Virus record (IMG/VR): IMGVR_UViG_3300042375_000684
DNA length: 64,000 bases
Direction: 5' to 3' (one strand)
Source of the DNA: a virus
Shown: one piece after another, positions 30,855 through 39,359 of the stretch
Position numbering within the stretch: the first letter of the stretch is position 1
Layout of the letters: the number at the start of each line of letters is the position of its first letter
Position numbers and translations under genes: made by a program
The notes under the pieces: model-generated
Databases searched by the model: none
Seen by the model: the letters and a program-made list of their open reading frames with translations, nothing else
Told to the model about the DNA's origin: nothing

Positions 30855-32342
30855 ATGGTATCAATAGTTAAAACAAATGCTGTAACAGAATTAGGTACAT
30901 TAATAAGTGGATTATCTCTTTCTACCGAGACAACCAGTGAATTAGTTTTAATCCTAAAGACTGCATCTTTGGGTGATGTAGATTCTTCAACAATAAAAAC
31001 AGAATTATTATCTAGATTAAATTCTGCTAATACTGCTACTAGTTTGGAAGAAATTGCTACATTAACAGCAGCTCTTCATCTTATAACTGAAAATAGAACA
31101 ATTTTTGTAACAGATTTAACAGATTTAACTTTATTACAAGTAGATCCAGGTACAGTTGTTTTTGTTATAAATGAAAATTTACCATATGTTTATAGAAGTG
31201 ATGATACTTGGGTTTTACTATTTCCAACATTGCAAAATCCAAAACCTTTAAATAATCTTTGGACTTGGGGTACGAATACTAACGGACAGTTGGGTGATGC
31301 AACAACAGTTTCTAAATCATCTCCGGTATCTGTAGTCGGTGATTATGTTGATTGGGTTCAAGTAGAAGCATTATCTTCTCATACTGTTGCTTTAAGAGCA
31401 AATGGAACCGCTTGGGCTTGGGGTCTTAATGATACAGGGCAACTAGGTGATGGAACTACAGTTTCTAAATCATCTCCTGTATCTGTAGTCGGCGGTTTTA
31501 GTGATTGGACCCAACTTAGTGGTGGATTTAAACACAGTTTAGGATTAAGAGGAAATGGAACATTATGGGCATGGGGTTATAATTTTGCTGGAGAACTTGG
31601 AGATGGTACTACAGTAGATAAATCATCACCAGTTTCAGTTGTAGGTGGTTTCACTAATTGGACACAAGTAAGTTCAGGGCAGAGACATATTGTAGCTCTC
31701 AGAGCAAATGGGACCGCATGGGGTTGGGGTGATAATTCATTCGGAAGAATTGGTGATGGTACTACAGCAAATAGTTCGTCACCTGTATCAGTAGTAGGTG
31801 GATTTACTAATTGGATACAAGTAAGTGGCGGTGGGGTACACAGTTTGGGTGTCCAAGCAAACGGAACTGCTTGGGCTTGGGGTGGTAATTCAGCTGGTTC
31901 GTTAGGAGACGGTACAACAACAAATACATCATCCCCAGTATCAGTTGTTGGTGGTTTTACTGATTGGACACAAGTAAGTGCTGGAAGTAATCATAGTTTA
32001 GGACTAAAATCAAATGGAATTGCTTATGCCTGGGGTTCTGGTCAAGATGGAAAATTAGGTGATGATACTGTTGTGGCTAAATCATCACCAGTATTAGTTG
32101 TCGGCGGTTTTACCGATTGGGTACAATTGGATGGAGGGCAGTCACATAGTCTAGGTTTAAGAGCAAACGGAACCGCGTGGGCTTGGGGAATTAATACAGC
32201 TGGAGAATTGGGAGATAATACCGCAACAACAAACACATCATCACCTGTATCAGTTGTTGGTGGTTTTACTGATTGGGTGCAAATAAGTGCCGCAACTTCA
32301 GTCGGTACCTCGACACATAGTGCAGGAATCCGCGGCGGCTAA
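30855..32342 (+). CDS. RCC1/BLIP-II-type 7-repeat beta-propeller protein 3
   Basis: Same repeat, seven copies counted, longer helical N-terminus. Confidence 0.88.
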   Translation: MVSIVKTNAVTELGTLISGLSLSTETTSELVLILKTASLGDVDSSTIKTELLSRLNSANTATSLEEIATLTAALHLITENRTIFVTDLTDLTLLQVDPGTVVFVINENLPYVYRSDDTWVLLFPTLQNPKPLNNLWTWGTNTNGQLGDATTVSKSSPVSVVGDYVDWVQVEALSSHTVALRANGTAWAWGLNDTGQLGDGTTVSKSSPVSVVGGFSDWTQLSGGFKHSLGLRGNGTLWAWGYNFAGELGDGTTVDKSSPVSVVGGFTNWTQVSSGQRHIVALRANGTAWGWGDNSFGRIGDGTTANSSSPVSVVGGFTNWIQVSGGGVHSLGVQANGTAWAWGGNSAGSLGDGTTTNTSSPVSVVGGFTDWTQVSAGSNHSLGLKSNGIAYAWGSGQDGKLGDDTVVAKSSPVLVVGGFTDWVQLDGGQSHSLGLRANGTAWAWGINTAGELGDNTATTNTSSPVSVVGGFTDWVQISAATSVGTSTHSAGIRGG

Positions 32343-32346
32343 TCTA

Positions 32347-32354
32347 TATAAATA
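32347..32354 (+). promoter_or_regulatory. T4-type late promoter TATAAATA heading glyco cluster A
   Basis: Exact consensus in the 43-nt gap before 32386; SD GAGGTG follows. Confidence 0.8.
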
Positions 32355-32385
32355 AATCTATATTATTACTATGAGGTGAAAAATT

Positions 32386-32931
32386 ATGAAACTAAATATT
32401 GGTGCCGGAGATACAAAACTCGAAGGCTTTATTACATTTGATTACGATAAAAATGCAAATCCAGATTACATCGTAAATTTAGAAAAAGATAAGTTTCCAC
32501 TTGAAGATAATTCGGTAGAAACAGTGGTTGCTCATCATATTCTAGAGCATCTTGGTGATGGCTACTTCCATTGCCTTAAAGAACTATATCGTGTATGTAA
32601 ACACGGTGCAATACTAGATATTCGTGTTCCACACCCTAGACATGATTCATTCCTTGCAGATCCAACACACAGAAGACCAATTACTGTAGTTGGATTACAG
32701 CTTTTCAGTCAAAAATTCAATAAACACTGTCGTGAAGAAGGTTATGCTTCTTCTCGGCTTGGTGAATACTTTGAAGTTGATTTTGAAGTTTTGGATTATA
32801 GATACACACCAGACGATAATGCAAGATTAAAACTTCAAAATTTATCTGCACAAGAAATTGAAGATTATGCAAATGAGCATAATAATATTGTTAGTGAAAT
32901 TCAGATTAAATTAATTGTAAATAAAGAATGA
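32386..32931 (+). CDS. Class I SAM-dependent methyltransferase
   Basis: KLNIGAG motif I, DNSVETVVAHHILEHL, ELYRVCKHGA. Confidence 0.8.
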   Translation: MKLNIGAGDTKLEGFITFDYDKNANPDYIVNLEKDKFPLEDNSVETVVAHHILEHLGDGYFHCLKELYRVCKHGAILDIRVPHPRHDSFLADPTHRRPITVVGLQLFSQKFNKHCREEGYASSRLGEYFEVDFEVLDYRYTPDDNARLKLQNLSAQEIEDYANEHNNIVSEIQIKLIVNKE

Positions 32932-34262
32932 TAGAATATCTTAAACCCGTCGTAATAGACTTAATAAATTGTGATGAACGAAAAAAGGCATGGGATCTGA
33001 TTGATTTTTATCTATCTCATGCCAAAACAATATCTGATTATGATGCGCTCGGATATGTATCTTTAAAATCTGATAAGAGAGATACATATTTACATTGTGC
33101 AGAAGCAACATATGCACTTGCAAATACACCAGAACAAATATATAATACTAGAATTAATCTATACAAAGCATATAATATGATGAACTATCCAGAAAAAGCA
33201 TTGTATTATATAGAACACAATTTAAGTATTAAACCTGAAGATTTTGATGCATTATGTCAAAAGGCTTCTAATATTTCTTTACTTGGAGATAAAGAAAAGG
33301 CAGAACAAATTATATTTGATTTAATGGATAAATTTCCACAAAGAAAATATGATCTAGATGTTATGCTTTGCGGAAAATATTTGCGTGAAGGGCAATTAAA
33401 GAAAGGCATGCATGCCTTTCTTGGAAAATATAAAGGTAATGGTGTATTTTCTGATAAGCTAAAAATGACACAGTGGGATGGTATTATAAGCCCAGGTAAA
33501 ACAATATATGTTGATGGAGAAGGTGGAATTGGAGATGAAATAATCAATATACGTTTCTTTGATTATCTTAAAAAATTTGGAATGCGACCAATTTTATACT
33601 CTGTAGGAAAATACAGAAAAGATACAAATTCACTTTTCCACAGGCACGGTTATGAAATAGTAAATGATATATATTCTATAGATCCTCGATGCACATGGGT
33701 GCCATTAATGAGCATTCCATCAGTTTTAGACTTAACTGAAGATGATCTTTGGAAAGGTACTTATTTAAAACCTTTGAAAAATCCAAAGAATATAATAAAA
33801 TCAGACAAATTCAAAATAGGCATTAAATGCTCTGGGAATCCATATTTTGCACAGGATGAATATAGAAAAATTGCAATAGAACAGATGTTAAGTTATCTTC
33901 CAGAAAATTCTGAAATCTATTACATCGACAAGGAAGAAAAGAATCATCCGCGAGTAATAGATTTAAGTTCTAGAATTGAAAGCTGGGAAGATACACTCGA
34001 CTTCATAGATCAGATGGATTGTATTGTATCTTCGTGCACAAGTCTAGTACACGCAGCAGGTGCTATGGGAAAAACTACATTTGTTGCTATTCCTATTGCT
34101 GAATATTACATATGGACAACAAGTAGAAAAGATAATTCATCTCCTTGGTATGGTGATAATTTTAAAGTTATGAGACAAACTAAAATCAGAGATTGGGATA
34201 ATCCACTTTCCGAAATAAGTAAACACGTTATTAAATTAATGAATGAGGTGAAACGTGACTAA
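32928..34262 (+). CDS. TPR-like helical domain + GT-B glycosyltransferase (GT9-like)
   Basis: Helical N-terminus; EGGIGDEIINIRF, WVPLMSIP, DTLDFIDQMDCIVSSCTSLVHAAGAMGK: pattern of TPR-GT9-like proteins. Confidence 0.7.
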   Translation: MIEYLKPVVIDLINCDERKKAWDLIDFYLSHAKTISDYDALGYVSLKSDKRDTYLHCAEATYALANTPEQIYNTRINLYKAYNMMNYPEKALYYIEHNLSIKPEDFDALCQKASNISLLGDKEKAEQIIFDLMDKFPQRKYDLDVMLCGKYLREGQLKKGMHAFLGKYKGNGVFSDKLKMTQWDGIISPGKTIYVDGEGGIGDEIINIRFFDYLKKFGMRPILYSVGKYRKDTNSLFHRHGYEIVNDIYSIDPRCTWVPLMSIPSVLDLTEDDLWKGTYLKPLKNPKNIIKSDKFKIGIKCSGNPYFAQDEYRKIAIEQMLSYLPENSEIYYIDKEEKNHPRVIDLSSRIESWEDTLDFIDQMDCIVSSCTSLVHAAGAMGKTTFVAIPIAEYYIWTTSRKDNSSPWYGDNFKVMRQTKIRDWDNPLSEISKHVIKLMNEVKRD

Positions 34263-35025
34263 ACAATACCATTTTATTACTGGCCTTCCAAGATCTGGCT
34301 CGACCCTTTTGAGTTCTATTCTTAGACAAAATCCAAATTTCCATTCTTCAATTACAGATCCACTTGCAATGATGGTGAAAGGTATTATTGAAACTTCAAA
34401 TGATGGACCTGGAATAAAAGTCGAAGTTCCAGTTGAACGAAGAAAGAATACTATAGGAGGATTATTTGAAGGATTTTATAAACACATTGACAAACCAGTA
34501 ATCTTTAATACTAACAGGGCATGGACTCTTCTTACCCCACAAATTAAAGATATGTTTCCAAAATCAAAGCTTTTGGTATGTGTTCGTGATATAAATTGGA
34601 TTATTGATTCATTTGAAACTGCTCACAGAAAAAATCCATTTACGGTGAATACTGTTACTGGCGGACTTGACGGTACTGTTTATTCAAGAGTAGAATTACT
34701 CATGGAAGAAAAAGGTATTGTAGGTTTTCCTTATCTAGGACTTAAACAAGCAATTACAAGTTCTGAAAAGAATATGCTAATGCTTATTGAATACAATGAA
34801 TTATGTAAAAATCCTGAAAGAATGATGAAATCAATTTACAATTTCATCGGTCAAGATTATTATGAACACGACTTTGATGATGTCGAAGCAAGTTGGGATG
34901 AATATGATGCAGAAATTGGAATTAATTTACATCAAGTACGCAAGAAAGTAGAGTTTATTCCTAGACAATTTATTATACCACCTGATATTCTTCAAAAGTA
35001 TTCCAATATGGAAGTCTGGCGATAA
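34255..35025 (+). CDS. Sulfotransferase
   Basis: ITGLPRSGSTLL PAPS-binding loop; KLLVCVRDINWIIDSF (R..S motif); IEYNELCKNPE. Confidence 0.8.
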   Translation: MTKQYHFITGLPRSGSTLLSSILRQNPNFHSSITDPLAMMVKGIIETSNDGPGIKVEVPVERRKNTIGGLFEGFYKHIDKPVIFNTNRAWTLLTPQIKDMFPKSKLLVCVRDINWIIDSFETAHRKNPFTVNTVTGGLDGTVYSRVELLMEEKGIVGFPYLGLKQAITSSEKNMLMLIEYNELCKNPERMMKSIYNFIGQDYYEHDFDDVEASWDEYDAEIGINLHQVRKKVEFIPRQFIIPPDILQKYSNMEVWR

Positions 35026-35804
35026 TGTCTTTAGATATTATTCTAAGAACTTGTGATCATTCAAATGTTCATGCCGATTGGAGAGTTCGGTATGTAGATA
35101 AAACAAAAATGGATATCATCAAAGGATGTGTTAAATCATTACTGAATAGTTGTAAACGACTTGATAATGTTTCTATAACTATACTTGATGATCATTCAAG
35201 TGATGAAACTGTAAATTGGTTAGAAACCGAGTTGAATAATAGTAAAATACCAGGTAAGTTAATAAGACTAGAAGGTGTAGGTTATAATAATTCATCACAC
35301 GAACAATGGAAACTTTGTCGAGATAGTAATGCAGATTTAGTCTATTCAATAGAAGATGATTATTTACATTGCTCAACAGCAATACAAGAAATGATAGATT
35401 CTTTTGAATTATTCTCTCATAGATTAAAAAGAGATGATATTGTCTTATATCCGTTTGACGAACCTTCGGAATATAATCCACCAAATAGAAAAGATTTTAT
35501 AGTTCATGGGTCTGCAAGACATTGGAGAACAGGTGTATTTACAACCCAAGTTCTTTTCTGCAAGCCAAAACTATTTAGAGAACATTGGGATTTATTTGAA
35601 ACATTGTCTCTCAAATATAATGGAGATTACTTAAATCCTCGCACTGAACACTTTGAGGAATCAAATACGATTTGGAAATTATGGACTGAAGGCAATATAA
35701 TTAGATTTAATCCCATACCCAGTCTTGCATTACATTTGCAATTCATAGAACAGAAAGACCCATTTATCAATTGGGAAGAATGGTGGAGAGAATACACAAA
35801 ATGA
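35025..35804 (+). CDS. GT-A fold (GT2-like) glycosyltransferase
   Basis: ITILDDHSSD, LVYSIEDDYLH (EDD metal motif), PIPSLALHLQ. Confidence 0.75.
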   Translation: MSLDIILRTCDHSNVHADWRVRYVDKTKMDIIKGCVKSLLNSCKRLDNVSITILDDHSSDETVNWLETELNNSKIPGKLIRLEGVGYNNSSHEQWKLCRDSNADLVYSIEDDYLHCSTAIQEMIDSFELFSHRLKRDDIVLYPFDEPSEYNPPNRKDFIVHGSARHWRTGVFTTQVLFCKPKLFREHWDLFETLSLKYNGDYLNPRTEHFEESNTIWKLWTEGNIIRFNPIPSLALHLQFIEQKDPFINWEEWWREYTK

Positions 35805-36343
35805 GCAATAATTTTCCTGTAAATAGATCAGTTATTAACTATATACACGCTCGAGATTATTTCCCAAAAGGTGAAATTGAATCCCTTCGTCCATTAGTAA
35901 ACGATGTTCATTGGACCGAAAAGAAATTCGGCCAAGAAATGGAACACTTTAATCTAATCTTTAAAGATATTGATATTGTTCTCGGAAAAATGTCTGGTGA
36001 TCTTTTAGAAATAGATCGACCAAATTCTGGAACTTTAAGAAAAACAATGCACGAAATCATACACTTTGAAGATTTTGAAGATCTTAATGATTGGCGCTTT
36101 ATTGTTGCATTAGATGAGAATGAGTTTAAAACATATATTCACAAAGATGGTTATAAGAGTTTATTGGATTACATTAAAGATGAAAATGAAGAAAAACCGA
36201 TGTTAGAATATTTAAATAAAGAACACTGGGAAGAAGAAGCAACTATCAAGATGAAACCAAATGATGTTCTATTTTATAGACCATGGCTATTTCATTCATT
36301 TCAAGATGGTATTCTACACTACTACAAATTAAAGGTTATTTAA
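35801..36343 (+). CDS. Putative 2OG-Fe(II)/double-stranded beta-helix oxygenase-like protein
   Basis: IHFED...FIVAL and MKPNDVLFYRPWLFHS resemble the HxD/E...H facial triad of phage 2OG-Fe(II) proteins; terminal Arg not evident. Start moved to ATG 35801 (ATGA overlap). Confidence 0.5.
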   Translation: MSNNFPVNRSVINYIHARDYFPKGEIESLRPLVNDVHWTEKKFGQEMEHFNLIFKDIDIVLGKMSGDLLEIDRPNSGTLRKTMHEIIHFEDFEDLNDWRFIVALDENEFKTYIHKDGYKSLLDYIKDENEEKPMLEYLNKEHWEEEATIKMKPNDVLFYRPWLFHSFQDGILHYYKLKVI

Positions 36344-36750
36344 TGCGGGTTTTTGTGAATGGATCATTTGACCTTTTACACACAGGACATCTAGATCTAC
36401 TATTTTATGCCAAAAGTCTCGGTAAACACTTGCATGTTGCAATAGACTCAGATGAACGAATACAAGAATTAAAAGGTTTTGATAGACCTGTAAACCCTTT
36501 ACATATCCGAAAGGCTATCATGCATGCTCTCAAGCCAGTCGATAGTGTGAGTGTATTTAGCACCGATGAGGACTTGATAAATACCATCAGAGGTTATTCA
36601 CCAGACATTATGGTGAAGGGTTCTGATTGGGTCGGTAAAAAAGTTATCGGATCAGAATACTGTGGAAAAGTTATATTTTATGAGAGAGTGAACAATGAAT
36701 CCACCACAAAAATCATTCAAAATTTTATTGATCGGCGACAGTTGCTATGA
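36343..36750 (+). CDS. hldC: Heptose-1-phosphate adenylyltransferase-like cytidylyltransferase (HldE domain II / HldC)
   Basis: GSFDLLHTGH (HxGH), IDSDERIQELKGFDRPVN, PDIMVKGSDW. Start at ATG 36343 (TAATG overlap). Confidence 0.75.
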   Translation: MRVFVNGSFDLLHTGHLDLLFYAKSLGKHLHVAIDSDERIQELKGFDRPVNPLHIRKAIMHALKPVDSVSVFSTDEDLINTIRGYSPDIMVKGSDWVGKKVIGSEYCGKVIFYERVNNESTTKIIQNFIDRRQLL

Positions 36751-37465
36751 TGTATATCACTTTGGTGAAGTCAAACGGATAAGTCCAGAAGCTCCAATTC
36801 CAATCTTTGATCTGAAATATTCAACAAAGAAATATGGAATGGCTTCAAATGTGTACGAGAACTTGAAAGCACTCGGTGCGACCGTTCATATACACACAAG
36901 TTTCAAAGAAACAAAGAATCGCTATATAGATATCAAGTCAAAACAGCAACTTTTACGTGTTGATGAAAAGAACAATAAAACTGATTTTAATGAAATCGAG
37001 TATGAATATATTGAATATGATTCGTATGATGCAATAGTTATTTCAGATTATGGCAAAGGTTTCTTCAATAGATCAGATTATGATATTCTAAGAGAAAATT
37101 TTGAAGGCCCTATTTTCATAGATACTAAAGATTCTTATCTGGATCATTACGAAGGTGCTATTGTCAAAATAAATCAACATGAATATGAAAAATCTGATAA
37201 AGGTTTTAGATTAGAAAATCTTATTGTCACTTACGGTGGTGAAAAAGTGACATGGAAGGATAAAGTATTTTATCCACCGAAAGTAGAAACACATGACGTA
37301 TGTGGGGCAGGTGATACATTTTTGGCAGCACTTGCTATAAGATATCTCGAATCTGAATCACTAGAAGAATCAATCGAATTTGCAATGAATGCAGCTGCGG
37401 TCACTGTAAAACATACAGGGGTTTATGCTCCTACAAGAGAGGAAATAGAACATGACAAGACTTGA
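36695..37465 (+). CDS. hldA: Heptose-7-phosphate kinase-like PfkB kinase (HldE domain I / HldA)
   Basis: ILLIGDSCYD, RISPEAPIP, AIVISDYGKG, DVCGAGDTF PfkB signature. Confidence 0.8.
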   Translation: MNPPQKSFKILLIGDSCYDVYHFGEVKRISPEAPIPIFDLKYSTKKYGMASNVYENLKALGATVHIHTSFKETKNRYIDIKSKQQLLRVDEKNNKTDFNEIEYEYIEYDSYDAIVISDYGKGFFNRSDYDILRENFEGPIFIDTKDSYLDHYEGAIVKINQHEYEKSDKGFRLENLIVTYGGEKVTWKDKVFYPPKVETHDVCGAGDTFLAALAIRYLESESLEESIEFAMNAAAVTVKHTGVYAPTREEIEHDKT

Positions 37466-37811
37466 AGGGCGAATAGAAAAAGGCTGGGGAAGTGAACTAA
37501 TTTGGGCAACAAATGATAAGTATTGTGGAAAGTTACTACACTTTAAGAATGATGCAAAATTTTCAATGCACTTTCATGCTGAAAAAGATGAAACGTGGTA
37601 TATCTTAACAGGTAAATTCATTGTTAGTTGGATAGATACAAAAACAGCGGAAAAGAAATCACTAGAATTGAGACCTGGTTCTACATGGAGAAATGTACCT
37701 CTTGTACCTCACCAATTAGAGTGTCTTGAAGAAGGTACAATCATTGAGGTTTCAACACCAGATTCAGTTGAAGATAACTATAGAGTTAGCCCAGGAGACA
37801 GTCAAAAATGA
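37452..37811 (+). CDS. Cupin sugar isomerase/epimerase
   Basis: KGWGSELIW, FSMHFHAEKDETWY cupin motif 1, VPHQL motif 2. Confidence 0.75.
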   Translation: MTRLEGRIEKGWGSELIWATNDKYCGKLLHFKNDAKFSMHFHAEKDETWYILTGKFIVSWIDTKTAEKKSLELRPGSTWRNVPLVPHQLECLEEGTIIEVSTPDSVEDNYRVSPGDSQK

Positions 37812-38626
37812 AAGTATTAGTAACTGGTCACAAAGGCTTTATCGGCCAAAATATGTGTAAGGCTATTCTTGCTGAAGGTTGGGAGTTGGAAACTTTTGAT
37901 ATAGTCGATAATCCAACAGCAAGACCAAAAGATCTAAATTATGATGGTGTTAATTGTGTCATGCATTTAGGTGCAATCAGTTCTACAACAGAGACTGATG
38001 TTCATAAAATTATGGACTTGAATTTGTGTTGGTCTATAGAACTATTAGAAGAATGCAGAGAAAGAGGGATTGATATGCAATTTGCATCTTCTGCATCTGT
38101 ATATGGTCAAAATAGAAATGCTAGAATTTTATGTGAAGATGACATTTGCTATCCTGTAAATTATTATGCACTCAGTAAATACATGTTCGAGAAATATGCA
38201 AATAAAAGAACTTATGTTGCATCTACATTACAAATTTTCCGATATTTCAATGTTTATGGTCCGCATGAAGAACACAAAGGATCACAAGCAAGCCCATTTA
38301 CTCAATTTGCTAAACAGGCAAAAGAAAATGGTGTGATTAAAATATTTAAAGGTTCTCGTGAGTTTACACGTGATTTTGTGCATGTAGATACAGTAGTTGC
38401 TGCACACATACGAGCTTTAAGTAAAATAGATCTATTTGCTGGGGGAACCTATAATGTTGGTTCAGGCTATTCAAGAAGTTTTCTTGATGTTGCCAAAGAC
38501 ATTGCCCTCTTGTATAATGCAGAGATAAAAGAAATTCCATTTCCTGAAAATCTTAAAGAACATTATCAGTATCACACCCAAGCAGATATTAGTAAATTAA
38601 ATGATTTATTATTTTATGGATTATAA
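37808..38626 (+). CDS. hldD: ADP-L-glycero-D-manno-heptose 6-epimerase (extended SDR)
   Basis: VTGHKGFIG, HLGAISSTTETD, SSASVYG, YALSK, RYFNVYGPHEEHKGSQAS closely matching HldD/RfaD. Confidence 0.82.
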   Translation: MKVLVTGHKGFIGQNMCKAILAEGWELETFDIVDNPTARPKDLNYDGVNCVMHLGAISSTTETDVHKIMDLNLCWSIELLEECRERGIDMQFASSASVYGQNRNARILCEDDICYPVNYYALSKYMFEKYANKRTYVASTLQIFRYFNVYGPHEEHKGSQASPFTQFAKQAKENGVIKIFKGSREFTRDFVHVDTVVAAHIRALSKIDLFAGGTYNVGSGYSRSFLDVAKDIALLYNAEIKEIPFPENLKEHYQYHTQADISKLNDLLFYGL

Positions 38627-38630
38627 TCCA
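38617..38630. promoter_or_regulatory. 14-bp perfect palindrome TGGATTATAATCCA (operator candidate, copy 1)
   Basis: Perfect inverted symmetry; abuts the -10 box of the minus-strand promoter; near-identical copy at 62249-62262. Confidence 0.65.
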
Positions 38631-38658
38631 ATTATACCATACTTTCAGTCTTTGTCAA
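38631..38658 (-). promoter_or_regulatory. Antisense sigma70-type promoter TTGACA-N16-TATAAT with extended -10 (copy 1)
   Basis: Minus strand reads TTGACA aagactgaaagtatgg TATAAT; points into hldD. Confidence 0.75.
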
Positions 38659-38681
38659 TGGAATAAATAGACACCTTCTAT

Positions 38682-38689
38682 TATAAATA
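38682..38689 (+). promoter_or_regulatory. T4-type late promoter TATAAATA (fibre unit B)
   Basis: Exact consensus 24 nt upstream of ATG 38713. Confidence 0.8.
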
Positions 38690-38712
38690 GAAATAAAAGA
38701 AGGGTGTGTTCA

Positions 38713-39051
38713 ATGTCAACCAGAGCAAACTTATACGTAGATCAAGGTGTAGATTTTGTTACATCGCTAAATCTTTTCACAGATGTGGGTGATGAATTTG
38801 ATATCACAACGCAAGAATTTTCATGTGATGTTCGTAAAGTATATTCAAGTACTATTATATTTAGTGCTGACATTATGGTAGAACCAGGTAATGTTCCTGG
38901 TTTACTAGAAATGGAATTTTCAGGTATTGTTACTGCTAATACAGATCCAGGTAAATATCAATATGATTTAATAATGACGAGCTCGAGCGGAAAAAGAGAG
39001 AAAATCTTAGAAGGTTTACTATTTCTACTTCCTACAATTACTAGAGGTTAA
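38713..39051 (+). CDS. Small Ig-like virion structural protein
   Basis: RANLYVDQGVDF...PGKYQYDL..T.....EKILEG pattern common in T4-like phage structural regions; ATG at 38713 preferred to GTG 38704. Confidence 0.65.
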   Translation: MSTRANLYVDQGVDFVTSLNLFTDVGDEFDITTQEFSCDVRKVYSSTIIFSADIMVEPGNVPGLLEMEFSGIVTANTDPGKYQYDLIMTSSSGKREKILEGLLFLLPTITRG

Positions 39052-39053
39052 GC

Positions 39054-39287
39054 ATGGCAATTAATGTTACAATTACACCTGCTGCCAATATTGAAGTAAG
39101 AAGAAAATCAAATCCTAGAATCTTAATTAATCAATCAGATTTGTCTATTAAAAATTTAGGCGATATTGCAGATGTAGATTTGACCAATTTAGAAGATGGT
39201 TCTCTTCTAATTTATGATATATTAACACAAAAATTTGTTGCATCAAGACTTCTAGAAAAGCAAGAAATTGACGGTGGTGAGTTTTAA
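39054..39287 (+). CDS. Small virion-associated protein
   Basis: LGDIADVDLTNLEDGSLLIYD...KF...IDGGEF recurring phage structural motif. Confidence 0.6.
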   Translation: MAINVTITPAANIEVRRKSNPRILINQSDLSIKNLGDIADVDLTNLEDGSLLIYDILTQKFVASRLLEKQEIDGGEF

Positions 39288-39295
39288 TATAAATA
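39288..39295 (+). promoter_or_regulatory. T4-type late promoter TATAAATA, followed by an 8-bp stem (39303-39331)
   Basis: Exact consensus right after a stop codon; TAGTTATG/CATAACTA inverted repeat in the leader. Confidence 0.7.
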
Positions 39296-39359
39296 TCCAT
39301 AATAGTTATGGTAACAAAGTTTTCATAACTAAAAGGTTATTAACACCACGTGAGGATAA

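Noticed and set aside
27537-32342. Diversity-generating retroelement TR/VR among the RCC1 repeats
   Set aside because: No reverse transcriptase in the window; repeat differences are not restricted to adenines.
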